From Botryllus schlosseri (Eukaryota), in assembly GCA_051294905.1 (NCBI GenBank), contig CM119371.1, positions 36,210,001-36,274,000 of the forward strand: a stretch of 64,000 nucleotides of DNA. Direction: 5' to 3'. Shown here in pieces: positions 1-13,273 of the stretch (positions are counted from its first letter, which is position 1; each line of letters begins with the position of its first letter). Below the pieces are notes generated by a model. The model saw only the letters and a list, made by a program, of their open reading frames with translations, was not told the origin of the DNA and searched no databases. A program made the position numbers and the translations under genes.

Positions 1-1396
1 CCAACCCTAATATCCCCTCTCCCACAGCCCTAATATCCCCCTAGCCTAGGGTTACCATATTTTTGTGAAGCAAATTCCGGACACTCTGTAGCGCACACTA
101 GCGGATTTAAAATGAGGTATTACACATTGTCTGTCAATACGACGTCACACTAGCAAAGCATTGTCAAACGACTGTATACAGGAAGGGAGTGGAACATAGG
201 TCATGAATTGGACCCTCTGTAATGTGAACTCTGCTGATTGCTACTTGCTATGGTGTGCAATAGATTTCTCCACTTGCCGGATGAAATCGTCTGGCGGGCC
301 GTGTTTGGCCATCGGGATTGTGTTTGACAGTCCCGCTATACTGTTAGGTCGGTGCGGCTATTTGATTGTGTGTTTTTATTTTATTCAGGTCCGAGACAAC
401 ATTTTTTCCGCGCCCTTCCGCCCAAAAAAAGCACTGATCTCTAACCCACCATAGGGTAATCGATGTAGCTTCTTGGGCAATTACTATATGCATTTGGCTG
501 TGAAATTTTATGAATGAATTCTTCAATAATATTGATTTTTTCATTGGGCTACTATAAAATGCACCAGCAGGTTGCTCATCCGGTGATTTCCAACCTTTAA
601 TGGTCGCGACCTCATTTCAAACTTTAAAATGTTCCATGGCCCAGCTAAAAAACTTGATAAGCTGGTTACTAAAAAAATTCAGCTTGCCCAAACTTACTCC
701 CGGCCTAGGACGGTGATTACGTCCAACATCATCGCGATCCCCAGATAAAGGTAAACGAGCCCAAGAATTTGGAACCACTGTCTGTGATTAAATCATCCAA
801 TCGGCCCTAACCAACTTTAGTACTATACCGTTAGCTTATAATTGCGATTACCATTGGACTTATTTCAGTAAATTATGGTAATTTATATTAATTTTGATTG
901 CATTTGTTTGGCGAATGTGATGCCAAGTGCCCGTACTAATACCAATAAACGTTGCATTACCTCGCGCGCAGCGCGAAGAAGAATTTCGGATATCATAAAT
1001 CTGCTTGAAAAAAATATTGTTTATGTTGACTTACGAAAAACTTTTGAGCCTACTTCAACCCTTCAAAATTACGGACATTTGGGCATATTTTAGGAATTCC
1101 TCCCGGACGCAGATTTTTCAGTGAAATTCCGGACATGTCCGGGAAATTCCGGACGTATGGCAACCCTACCCTAGCCCCAACGCTTATATCCCCTCCCGGC
1201 TCCCGCAACCCTAATATCTCCCTAACCGCAAATCTAATATCCCCCTTCCCGCAACCCTAATATCCCCGTAACCGTAAACCTAATATCCCCCTCCTGCAAC
1301 CCTAATCTTGGGAGACCTAACCCCAACTTTGACCCTAACCCACTTCCGATCTCCCTTTTCACCCACCCTAATACCCCCCACCCCAACCCTAATATT
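1..1396. repeat. AACCCTAATATCCCC-core minisatellite (segments 1-46 and ~1177-1396), interrupted by a hAT MITE
   Basis: Recurrent ~20-23 bp units containing ACCCTAATATCCCC. This is the reverse complement of the array at 53035-53686. Confidence 0.85.
47..1168. mobile_element. Non-autonomous hAT-type element (TAGGGTTRCCATA termini)
   Basis: Termini TAGGGTTACCATA / TATGGCAACCCTA. Perfect 8-bp TSD CCCTAGCC at 39-46 and 1169-1176. Subterminal TCCGGAC repeats. Confidence 0.9.
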
Positions 1397-3664
1397 CGTC
1401 TCTCCAAAGGCACAAAAAAAACAATTTATTTTGACGTTTATAAATTTTTGTTCGTGTTGATGGAAAACATTCATTGGTGATCATGGTGAACACTTTTCGA
1501 TCTCTGACTGCCATCGAAGAAGTGCCAATATATTTGGTGTGCCAAGACGGTTCTCAGCGTCAGCGTCACGCCTGTGTGTAGTCAGTAGAATCTTTGGTGT
1601 GCACGAGACACCGATTCCATATTGGTTTCAAAGAGTGTCAGTCGAAAATATCAAGGTTCGTTTCAATACAAATACACTGCATTGAACTCGTGAAGCTCTA
1701 CAAATCACATAAATATGGTAATAAAAATGTAATGAGGTGAAATGTAATATTCTAGTGATAGGAAAGATATAAACAGGAAGGTCTACATAGCAGAGTTCTC
1801 AAAGTCAAGCCACCCATGCCAACGCCAGGAGCATCTTAGAAATATATAAATATAAAATATATAAGAACCACCATTATTGCCTGAAATTGGTATTTGGTGG
1901 TAGACTCTAGCAGAAAAAAGAGATAATGATATTATTAATATATATTCCGTGATATTATTAAATCTCGATGACGAAATTAACTGAAATACATAAAATGTAT
2001 AGTGAACAATCGGAAATCTTCTAAAATCAATGCTCACAAACCTGTTATTAACGCAACTTTTTTGGATTGCTTCTGTGCCGGCTCGCCGCTTTTACCGTTA
2101 CTCGCATCTCCAGTCGACATTTTAGTCCCAGTGGTATAAAATTTACAGAATTACGGGGAATAAGTAACGGCTGCAGAAAGACAGAAGGTAGGCTATCGTT
2201 ATTTTTCAAAGAGTTTCTACGGTGTGACGGTTTCACATGTTCTGCATTTCCACTTCAACTAATTGACTCATTGACTAGTAAGTCACACATCTATATTTCG
2301 TTATACTGTACCGGTAATTACAGCGTCACGGAACGAAACAGAAGACAGCTGGAATAATATTATCTCAGCCACGTCGCAGTCGAACCGGCGTTCACTTTAT
2401 TTTTTGTAACGGCCGTCATGTATGAATGGTTATGGCTCGCTCCAGCGGTCTTGCATTCTAAAATCCAAATCTGGCGTATAATATAGTATATTCTGATGGC
2501 CGGCGATTTACTTATCCGCAGTAGATGGAGTAGTAACCGCCAACCGGACGTCGAGCTCTTACCCATTGCCTTTTTCTTACTACAGTCCTTAAAACATGGC
2601 GTAGGGAGGGGCGAAAGGAAAAGACGTAGTTTATTTTTGTCCTTGATGTCCTTGAAAGACCTGGGCATTACTTTGAAAAGGGGCGCTGGAGGAAAAAATG
2701 TTAAGAACCACCGCTTTAGTGCCTTGCATAATATATACTTCAACGGAGGATATTCTAAAATTATCTAATCTAAACATCACATCCAAGGACGATTCCAAGT
2801 GAAACCTTAGGCGTAGGCCAACCTTACACACATTTCTTTCAATATCTGTAAAAAGCTATCTGCTACGGCTGGAATTCTAGCGAGACTGAGACATTCTCTC
2901 CCTAGACCAGGGGCTCTCAGCCCTTTCTTGGCCGTGGCCCATTTCCCGGTTTAAAATGTGCTGTGGCCCGCCTGATATCTTAGAGTCATAATCCTGTTTA
3001 ATGCGTGGTCATGGACAGCGCCGATATGCCTATTTCTCTAAAATATGCGCATTTTTCTCTAACTGATGATATTTAAATCTCGATCTCCAGGGATATTAAA
3101 TCGCGCGAAGCGCGAAAAAAGAATTCAAGTTGAATAAATATCCGCCAACAAACGACCATAGGAAATAATCTTGGGCCCCTTCGAGTTACCCAATTGGAGG
3201 TGTGGGTGCGGCAGTTATGGCCCTGGTAGATCATAAGCTCCTAAGTAGATTATTTTCGTCCGCTGCTCCATTCGCGTCGCGAAACACAACGATCAGATCC
3301 CCGCACTGTGTGATTGGGACCTTAGTGATGCTATTGTGGGGAATATTATAGTCATTCTAGGCCAGCATCGAACAATTCATTGGTGAATGGGGTAGCCTAC
3401 TAAGTGAAGAAAGATTTTTCAATATGCATGATGTACTTTGTATGTCTTGTACCGAAACAACTGAAGTTGCGATGTCAGAATATTCAATCCAATGATACAA
3501 TCAATAGAGAGTGTCGACTGCTTGCCCACATTTGGCGCTAGTGAGCTCATGAGGCCTTGGCAACGGGACGCCGGGTTACATTTGCTTTACTATAGTATAT
3601 GATACCTCGTCTATCCAACGGTTGTAACAATATTCCAGCACGTGAATTAGTGAAAATAAACAGT

Positions 3665-4330
3665 ATGTCGGATATTTGCAATTTTTTTGTAATAATAAAT
3701 ATAATAGCAACTGTTTGAAATGCAGCAACGATTGAGCGGAAGGGGAGCTTCGACAAGGGGAAGAAAGTCCGATCTTATTGAGCGGTCTGAATATATTTTC
3801 TTGAGAGATTCTACATTACTCCGATGACATTCAATTTTATTTTCAGATTGGAAGCGTGTGACCGGAATAATGATTTCAGGGAGGACATCATGTCGCGGCC
3901 AGTAACCAAACACTCTTCCATTGAGTGGCCAAATACTGGTTTTAGGGAAATATCTTTGTCGTGTCTTGAAATTCTAAGAAAAATCGTTACGTTTTTGTGC
4001 ATCGAGCTGTATTTTGTTACGGCTGTCGGCGGTAGTAGCGACTACAGATCGGTTCTGGACAACGGCTATAATTTGTTCCGATCCAAAAAAAATACGGGTG
4101 TAATTATTTTTGTCAAGTTATGGGGCAGATGGCCATCACAGGAATCCACACCTCGTTTTTTGTTGTTTTTTCTCCTCACGACGTGTTTATTGAAAAAATA
4201 TCTTTCGATGAGACGTTTTGGGAGAATAAATTGTGACCGAAACTGTGTAATTTTTACGAAATGTACCGTGTACATATCGCTAAGAGCCTCTAAAGATATA
4301 TTTTATGCTTATTGTTCTTGTTCGAGTTAA
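3665..4330 (+). pseudogene. Truncated accessory gene of the ISL2EU element (SAP-like motif plus start of a SWIM-like zinc finger)
   Basis: LSGRGASTRGRKSDLIER spliced to LEACDRN resembles a SAP motif. GYNLFRS and VYISL..IFYAYCSC resemble the region leading into a SWIM finger. The frame stops right after CSC and no nuclease domain follows. The 5' boundary is uncertain. Confidence 0.6.
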
Positions 4331-4549
4331 TTTTACATTGAATATAATTACTAATGTATATGTGTGTAATTTTTTATTTTGTATGTAGATGTATAACTGA
4401 ACAATAAAATGCTGTAACCAATAAAATTGTTGTGATGAAAACATAAATATAGATAATAAAACAATAATGAAATATTAATATCGTTTTGTGTAAAAGCATA
4501 TAGGCCTATTGAATGCGAAACAAAGATAAGTTAAATACTGGTTGAAACG

Positions 4550-5986
4550 TTACGACGATTCGTCGACTATGGCGGGAAACAGGTTGATTAGACTGAAACA
4601 AATGAAAATAATCCGTCCAGATAAAATTCGTTTTGAATGTCCCATTTCATTTTGTAGGATCTTAAAACGTTTCGCGTGACCAATCACTCTCTCCACATGA
4701 ATTCTCTTCGAAGCAATGCAGCGATCGCTGAAAATCTCGTTTTGATCAAAACGGTCACGTCCGCGAAGAAAAGATGGCATCAAAATTTTTACGTCAGCTG
4801 GCGCAAATAAGTCTTGTACTGTTATTCCTCTGTCCACCATTATAGCGTCACCTCCTTCAAATTTAGAAGTTAGGTCGCTTCTTTCTACAATTTGACGATC
4901 TGATGTATTTCCACCGTATGCATCGCTTATGTAGGTGACGAGACCTCTGGTGGATATACCGATCATGCACTTGGCCATATTTTTGTTTTTGTAAGTCGAA
5001 AAAGATGCGGATTGCATTCCTGCATTTTTTGGTCTTTCTATTCTGACTTCCGTCGCATCCAATATTGCTCGGACATGGGGGAATTTCATTTTAATGTCTT
5101 TCGGACAATGTTTATCAACAATTTTCCTACTTGGCCATACATCAATTTCCCTCAGCTGAAAATACATAAAGTTGATCCACGTCGAAATCACGTTTGACAT
5201 AGTACTTCGCCCAACTCCAAAGAAAATGGCCAATTCAAAGTCATCTTTGGCCTGGCGAAGTTTCATTAAAGTCGCTAATAATTCGTTTTGTGGTCCAAGT
5301 CGAGATTTGAAATTGAGGAAATGGCACGACGGCCCTAGAATATTAAATAATAGCATGAAATGATCATAATTATAAAACCCCATGTAATATTTCATTAAAT
5401 GGCCCTCTGCAAATATGCGGCCTATATCGGTAGCCCCATTTGAAATTTGGATCGGAATTTGAGCTTTGGAAGAAATAGTCGGATGCGTTTCTGTCATCGA
5501 ATCACTACGGTCATGAATCGTCATCGGACCGTCATCAAAATCTGCCGATTTTACTTCAACTGTAAATTGAGCCTCCGGCACGGCATCATCCTTAACAAGA
5601 ATTGACGTTGTAATCGGAGACGAATCGGACGCCCTGCATATTTCTCCACTGTTCCTGGTATGTCGACCATGTTGTTTGCTTCGGTAAGGGAAGACGGAAG
5701 GAACAGCGGTTTTTCGAAGTGTTTTTCGGAGACCTGTTTATAAAATAATCTTAGAAAACAGTAGGATGTATGTCAACGAAACAGGCAATTTACAGTTTGG
5801 TACGTAATCTTCTGTTTTGAAATGACTTTCACAGACCCGTGAGTTTTCACTCGGGGTCCAGAGCTTCCTGAGTGCCCCTTCACGTTTTATGGCGATTTGC
5901 CACTTCTTGCGGAGTTCATGATCCTTCGGGAACTTGTGGCCACCTTTTCGGTTTTTGCACATTGGCACACAGCAATAAAAAACCAT
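4550..5986 (-). CDS. THAP-domain DDE transposase (Harbinger/ISL2EU family), 2 exons 5986-5794 and 5733-4550, 458 aa
   Basis: Exon 1 has the THAP C2CH signature (CCVPMC..HKFP..W..RVCESHF). A 60-nt GT-AG intron (5793-5734) joins it in frame to AVPSVF and on, with no stop, into the 343-aa ORF carrying LDATEVRIERP, MVDRG and RIHVERVIG (D, D, E). Confidence 0.9.
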
Positions 5987-7969
5987 ATCTGCGAGATTTC
6001 AGCGACACTATACCCAATTAAAGAGCGAAATAACCCGTAGTAAATAGTGGTAAAGTGACTCGGCGTCCCGTTGCCAAGGCCTCATGAGCTCACTAGCGCC
6101 AAATGTGGGCAACCAGTCGACATTCACTATTCCTGTGACTCTTTCATTATGTACAATGATTTTCAGGCCAGACATTTCACCCGACTTCAAAGATTAATGC
6201 GCTCCGCTAAATCCTCAATTCGTTAAGATTCGTTGCGGTGGTGCAGTATACCTCCGCCAGAAGTTGCTAATAATTTGCAATTATGGATATTTTTAGCTTA
6301 CAATAATACGGCCTGCCGAAGTACAGTAAATCTGTACATCAATTGCACTTCATTGCGAGTTCATTGCATGCCCCTTTCAACGGCATACGACGTATGACCC
6401 TGCCGGAATACTTGGCTACTTCAGCATTATCTTCCAGTTATTATAGACTTGAAATTATTTTAGTTGCTGTTAGCCGTAGGTAATTGCCATAGCCAGTAGA
6501 AAAGCCACCGTTTCTCCCTAACGTTTTCAAATTGTACAGTACATGCTGACTTCATCCGTGCCACTACGTCTAATCAGATTCGGATGAGAATCTTTATGTA
6601 GCCTACGTATAATTAGATAATACGAATATATTTTTAGCGAATAACATAAGAAAATAACTGAACTTACATTAATTCTGAAATTTTCTAAATATCTCTGTGG
6701 CCCACCTCAAAATGCTCTGTGGCCCACCAGTGGGCCATGGCCCACCCTTTGAGAACCCCTGCCCTAGACAGACCTTGAGAACCATTTATTTCTCATTATT
6801 TCACCCTCATCTGCTTTATGGATTATGTGTATAGGGGAAAGCCAAATCAGACGGATTTAAACAGAACCTGTGTCATCCTAAATCATCGAGCCATAAGAAA
6901 TATAGATTGTAGTGACATAGATCCCCAGGGGGCGATTTCGCAGTCTAGAGGAGCGAAAATGACGAAGGGGGCAATAGTGGGGGCGAAAATGGACAAAGGG
7001 GGCGACAGGGGCGAAAATAGCGAAGGGGCGATAGGGGATGCGATGGCGCGTTACAACGGCTACCTTGGAATCAAGTCGGAGAAATGACGTTTTCTTTAGT
7101 CAACCCACGAAAATTTAGCTGCAAAAGTGTAAAAGTTCGACATCGAGCCGAAAAGTTGACCTTTTTTTAGTCAACTAGCCGGTGCCAGTTTGTATGCTCA
7201 TTATTCGGTTCACAAATTTTGGAGGGGGGGTGATCGGTGGGGAGCTTGAAAAGGGGGCGATGAGTCGAAAAAGGTTGGGAACCACTGTATTAGACTATTC
7301 AGTCAACTTTATTGGTCAAACTACTTTACTTGATAGCAATGCTTGACTCATTCCAGCCCGGGAAAGGTGGAAAGATAGTCTGGGAACAACCGATCTACAG
7401 TCTATAACCACATGGTATCATGTTCAAGGAGTCCCTGTTAAACCTTCTACCAGGTCACGACTGGCAGTTTGTAAATGTGTAGCCCTATATGCCAACATAT
7501 AACTATATATTATAAACCAGGCAGCCATCAACATTACCCATTGTTTCTATACCAGCCCGAAACCAGGCCTCGAGTCCACAAAACCCATACCTAAAACCCG
7601 ACAGGAATGAATTGTCATCTCGTAACCTTTGTTTGTCGATGTATATCCACCGTCGGTTTATGAGATTTTTACTCCATATTTTGGACCTACGTACCACGCT
7701 GGTTATAAGCATAAGCATGTATGACAAGACCCGATTAACAACGAAAGAAGGACAAGAGCAAGATAGAGCGACTAGAAAAGGACCGCGGAATAAAAGGTTA
7801 TCACAAAAAGATTGTGACATCATGATGATCATCATCATCATCATCATTGGTTTATTAGCAATTTTATCAGTTCAATACACCACAAAAAATGCGATACAAC
7901 GTAAAGAAAAGAAGATGTCGAAGCGACTAGGAGTTGTCTATGGAATCAGGCACCCACCTTGGCCTAGGC

Positions 7970-10517
7970 CAGTGGTTCTCAACCTTTTTGACCTCGCGGC
8001 ACCCTTTGGAAATGAAAAATAGTTCGCGGCACACCATCACAGTGGTTCTGAACTTTTTTGGCTTACGGCGCCTGCAAACTACCAGAATAGGCCTACTTAT
8101 TACCACCCAGTAGTAACGTCGACTAATGTGACTAACTCTGCAGTCAATCCAAAATGTTTCTGTGCTCCCGTTTTTTAAAATAAACTAAAAGTAAACTTTT
8201 GTACGAAAAGCGTCCATCATATAGCTTACTAAGCCGTGATAGAAAGTCGTCGTTTTCCTCGGGCCAGAATATCGTTCCTTCGTGAATGCAACAAACAAGG
8301 GGTCATTTTGATATAGGCAGGGTTGCCATTGACAAGGACCCAAAAATAAGGACAGTTGAGAAATTAGAATAGCATGAAAAAGCGTTTTTATACATACTTT
8401 GTATTTATACGAGCCGCGGCATGTCACAATTCCATACTTATCGCCGGAAGCAATCAGGTCTACGTTTAACTATCTATACTCAGGGCCGAAACAGCACTTC
8501 GTCAGCCCACTCAGAAAAAAAAACAACGTTGGTCTTGGGCCTCCCCATAGGGTGATAACCCAAACTTCTTCACCTCGTTGTGATTAGAGTCGTCAACCAA
8601 GATGGAAAAAGGTCTTACACCAAGTTTAGACAAAATCATTATTTGAGCGAATGGAGCAAGAACTCCAATAACAACGCTGGTAGTCTTGGTCCTGGCCGAA
8701 GTAAACTTATTATTTGCGATGTTGGAATCGGGGAATATTGCATTGACCAATTGCGATGTGCAATCATTGGTGATGAATGATTACTGGTGTTTGACAGTAT
8801 GTAATGACCAGGTACCCTCAGCAGCAACTGCCTTTGTAGTGTGTGGTCGTTGGTGTTGATCGACTTGTGGAAAAATTATTCATCGACTGGCTCAAATTAA
8901 TCATTATGACACACTTATTGTGTTTTGGGGTATCAATGTGAGTTGAAATAGCGGTCTTTCCTATATGGCCTCCAGGTTAATGTCACAATTGCAGATATTG
9001 CAATGTGAGAAACACTCGCTCTTTAAGCTTCGTTAGATACCTTTGAATTCGCTCTCATAATCGTCTCGAAAAACGTTTTTACGCCTGTTCATTCTAACTA
9101 ATCAGATTTAGCCTTATTAGTAGCTAATGCTATATGCGCAAGTGCAATATAATTTCGATAAATTTATCAATGAATTATAGCTTTACTACTTTTTACCCAA
9201 TGTGTCGACTGCACTGCGCCTTTTTTCACTACGCAATAAATGCTGCCTTCCCCACAGCTTGAGCTTATTCTGCAGTAGACCAAACACAGCTGGAACCTGG
9301 TACTGCTGTTTACTGCATAAATGATGTCCGCTGCGGAAGCTTGGTACATACGAACTGCTATACTACCACTCACTGCCCTAACTATTTCACCACTTGGAAG
9401 ACAAATCGTGTGGTGTGTAGGCCTACGTCACGAGAGTCCCTTTCATTTATGATGTCATAATATCTCAACGCAAAAGCATAATTTGAGAATATTATGCAAC
9501 ACTGATACCAGAAGAAAACGATCGAAGTTCTGTAGTGGTTGAATATAAGACAAAATAAGGACGCAAGTCGAAAATAAGGACATTTCTTAGAAATAAGGAC
9601 AGTTGAGTTTTCTAAGACGTGGCCCCTCAAAATAAGGACAAATCTTAGAAATAAGGACGGTATGGCAACCCTGGATATAGGCCTATGACCTAACCGAAAC
9701 TTTGGGCTGCCTTAGACACGATTTCATAAGATTTGTTTGACAATAAATCTGCCCACTGCCAGATTGGTTCGAAGAGGTAAAGGACGACCGCCGCTAACGA
9801 ATACTGTGACGTTGAGGTGCAGGCTATGCCAGGCTATGCAATGCATTTTCACGCAGATCGTGTAGCACGCTTGAGGATAGCCATTCCTCAATAGTTCTAC
9901 TGACATATACCCGCAGTTCAATTATACTTCCAACAAACCAAGATTGTAGCCTCAGCGGCGAAGCGAAGAGGTTTGTTACCTGATATGATTTGGTCAACCT
10001 TACTTCTCAATACAAATATTCGTCGACAGTAACAGAACGTTGTGCTACAATCCTACATTTTAACGGAAGTGCCGGCCCGATACCTAGCAATCACAATGTG
10101 GATTGCCATGTTCGAAATTCGAATTTATAAACGCGAACGTCAATTTCAAATGAGTTCATTTCTCGCTGGTGATTGGGAAGACAATGAGGATTAGCAAACA
10201 GCATTGTCGTACAGGCGCCGTTATGTCTGCTCTTATCTTCTCTGCGTGTGATCAATCAACGAATTGTGCAAAACTGAATTCAGCCTACAAGGCAAAGCGA
10301 TCTGCCCAAGGAGGATATTGATTGCGGGAATAATATCAATTTTGATTTGTCAAATGTACAAACTTCACATCAAGCTCAATTTTGATTATTGATCATTTGC
10401 TATGGACTAGAATTATTTTGCGCATAATTTCAAAATTCCGAAGAAATCGCTCGCGGCACACTTGCGAGACGTAAATGGCACACTAGTGTGCCGCGGCACA
10501 CCGGTTGAGAACCACTG
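7970..10517. mobile_element. hAT (Charlie-like) non-autonomous element
   Basis: Termini CAGTGGTTCTCAACC / GGTTGAGAACCACTG. TSD GCCTAGGC / ACCTAGGC (1 mismatch). CGCGGCAC subterminal repeats. Confidence 0.88.
8318..9673. mobile_element. hAT-type MITE nested in the 7970-10517 element
   Basis: Termini CAGGGTTGCCAT / ATGGCAACCCTG. Perfect TSD GATATAGG (8310-8317, 9674-9681). AAATAAGGAC subterminal repeats. Confidence 0.9.
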
Positions 10518-10723
10518 ACCTAGGCGATGTAAAGAGGAGGCATGCACACTGAATGAAAGTGACGAAGATAGCATAGAAAAAGGAAGCGACAAGAGATAGG
10601 GCGGCATGTCATGGGAAGCGAGATCGATAGGTCAGTCGTGGTCCGGTAATCTTGGGTATGGACTATGCCTAGGTGGATGCCAGATGAAGGGACCGCAACT
10701 GGTCGTTTCGGCATTCTTTTACC

Positions 10724-12582
10724 CAGAGGTCTCAAACACGCAGCCGCGGGTCGCATGAGGTCCCCGAGAACATTTAGTGCGGCCCGCGGCGGCATTTTGG
10801 AATTTCAAGTATTCGACAATATATTCAAGTGCCACATATCTTTTGTAGATATAAGAACTTGAAGTTCACATTAAAACTACTACAAAAATCACTGAAATCT
10901 CAACAAACTGCACTATTAGGCCTACATCACTTTTAAACGCTACCATGCGGTAGAAGATCGGCTATTACGTCACATTTCTAGTTCATGATGTTGATGTTGA
11001 TGATTCGTGACTAAAAATTGTGATTTGGTTTGGGGCGACCTTTCGTAAAATTACTCGATTTCGGATTGACTGGGTGATTAAATAAAAATGACTGGAGTTG
11101 GGCCGGGTCAAAAGTTAAAATATGAGAAGGACTCGCGACTCGGAACGGTGACTTGGTAACCCTACGGACGCAACAATCTATGAAACTGTCATAGGGAATA
11201 GTAATATATCAAAAGGTCGTAGATGGACTGTCAAAATCTGCGAATTGAGCTATGCGGAAGTTGCAGAGAAATTGATTCGTATTGATGCATCCCAGGAGGT
11301 ATCAATTCTCGACAGAATAAGCATTCTTTCGCATCATGGGATGCGAATTATAGTATTGATATGAAAATGCGATACTAGCTTGCGTTGCGTAGGGTATATA
11401 GCTATCTAATCAGGTCGGTAGGGGAACCATCGGCATTATGTGACCCCCGTGACGTATAGTTGGTTAGATGCTGGGTGTTGTCTGTTCTCTTTATCCATGT
11501 TATTATCGGTGGCAAGTAAGCTTCACAGCTGCAACACCAATGAATTCATAGGCGTGGACATTTCTATTCCAGGGTTTTTTTTAACCAGGGTCCGTAGACC
11601 CATTCGGGGTACGAAGCACCACATCAGGGGGTACGAGATGCATTGTGGAATTCGGCCTATGCTGTGGAATATTTTATTGACCAATTTATTCAACAGCAAA
11701 ATGGTTTTCGCGGTGCGCTCGATTTTATGTGAATGGACTTTCTGATTTTAGTATAGGTAACATCAGAAATTGTCTTGAAAATGAACATGGGCTACGAGAA
11801 ATCTTATTGGAGGCACGAGGGGTACGATTGCTAATGTTGATGCTATCAGTAGCCTATGGATCAATTATGATTATATTCAAGTTGTTATTGATATGTTCCA
11901 ATAATATTCGAAGGTAAAATCTAACGCTGATTTAATTTTTGACTTTTGGCAATGACAGTAACAATATAGCCTAGGCCTACTTATCCCAACTATATATCAA
12001 AACCAGGATTAGGCTTCACCGCTCAAATGCTCTGATATCAGACCAACCTTCAGTAAATTAAAAAATATTCTACATAAAATTGTGGCACGTCAAAGTTTCA
12101 CTAGCTGCAATGTTATAACCCGACAGTCTGATGGTGTCACGATGCATCCTCTGACATGATGTCTGTAACTCATTATTTTAACAAATTATGCCCAGCACAA
12201 AAACTCTTTTATTCAAATATTTGAAAGACGTCATATTTCAAGATACGATTGTTGATACACAATGCTCGTTCCAATTCTCCACTAGTTGCTGACGATAACC
12301 CTTGACGAGTGTCAGGCGAAAATATTTCAATATGAATATATACTATTAAATTGTATAATTGAAAATGTGGTTTTTCCGTGTCAAGCGTGAATAACTGAAT
12401 AGTAATAGTATTACATTTTCACGATGTTTGTGGAATGCCTGTCTGCAAGCTCCAGTCAAATATGGCCTAGCCTACTTGAGAATTATACATTGAATATCCC
12501 TATTATTGATGCTGCGGCCCGCGGCCTAATCAAAAACTATGAAATTGGCCCGCGAGCACATTTGAGTTTGAGACCAGCTCTG
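10724..12582. mobile_element. hAT (Charlie-like) non-autonomous element
   Basis: Termini CAGAGGTCTCAAAC / GTTTGAGACC(AGC)TCTG. TSD CTTTTACC / CTTTTTCC (1 mismatch). GGCCCGCG subterminal motifs. Confidence 0.8.
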
Positions 12583-13273
12583 CTTTTTCCTGTCCATTAC
12601 ATCGCATTTTGTCTTGTAGGCCTACTTGTATATTGCATTGTGTGAGTGTGTTGGGCAGATGAAAATATAATGTGACAAATATTGATTATAATCAATGAGT
12701 ATTGATCATCGATACCGTCACACTTGACTACCTCACAGCATGAGGTAAAGTGCATCGGCACATGTTCAGTCTTTCGAAGGCAGCCGTTTAGTTGGCAGGT
12801 CTTGTAGCAGCTCTTGGTTGTATTAATGTGATTTCTCATTGAGAGTATTGTCAGCGTATGGACAAGCTTTCCCTTTCTTGGATATCATTTATGAACTCGG
12901 GCGGATTCTAGATCGTCGGAGCATATGTAATTCGTGATGTCACTAAGTTAATTGCTGATCCAATAAAAGAGTTGGCCTAGTTATTATTCGTACTTCTTTT
13001 GTAATAGAATTGTGGACTCCTACATATTTAACTTGAAGACCCTATGCAGAAAAAAATGAATTTTACCCAGAAGTTAAAATTTTAAGCTTAATTGGACTGT
13101 TTAAACTCATTGCTATTTATATGTAGGGATTTTCCTAATTTGAAAGTAGATTTAGTGCTATTTCGGTCAGTTTACCACCCGACCGGAGCCTTCCTGCAGT
13201 TAGCGACCTTGGTATCGTGGATCATTTTTTCAGTTCTGTATCAACAACGCTAAATATTCTATAGTCATTTATC

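Larger units (their letters stand above)
3506..6128 (-). mobile_element. ISL2EU-type (PIF/Harbinger-related) DNA transposon
   Basis: TIRs of ~70 bp with a perfect 52-bp core (3522-3573 vs 6061-6112). AT dinucleotide on both flanks (3504-3505, 6129-6130). THAP-DDE transposase on - and a convergent second gene on +. Confidence 0.88.
2908..6761. mobile_element. hAT (Charlie/Buster-like) MITE hosting the ISL2EU element
   Basis: Termini CAGGGGCTCTCA / TGAGAACCCCTG. Perfect TSD CCCTAGAC at 2900-2907 and 6762-6769. TGGCCCA subterminal repeats. Confidence 0.9.
2790..6905 (+). pseudogene. Degenerate CR1/L2-group LINE ORF2 C-terminal fragment (2790-2907 and 6770-6905), split by a hAT MITE
   Basis: Joining across the TSD reads ICKKLSATAGILARLRHSLPRQTLRTIYFSLFHPHLLYGLCV*GKANQTDLNR..NHRAIRNI. 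This is colinear with ISRKTGVLWRLNRIVPRPMLRSLYFSIVHCHLQYGIIMWG in the intact ORF2 at 20094-23057. Confidence 0.8.
7826..12870 (-). mobile_element. Possible 3' fragment of an L1/Tx1-like retroelement with (ATG)n tail, interrupted by two hAT MITEs
   Basis: Minus-strand AATAAACC(A)ATGATGATG.. tail at ~7826-7857. A degenerate Cys/His-rich peptide KLVHTL..SCYKTC..C..EHVPMHFTSC at ~12740-12870 resembles the C-terminal zinc knuckle of L1-clade ORF2. Linking the two parts is inference. Confidence 0.35.

Noticed and set aside
5738..5986. Stand-alone small THAP protein
   Set aside because: It lacks the AVP motif unless spliced. A GT-AG intron joins it in frame to the transposase.
7503..7847. Poly-Met/poly-Ile ORFs (also 7612-8022, 47881-48162, 47886-48155)
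   Set aside because: These are translations of (ATC)n microsatellites and adjacent repeats, with no domain features.
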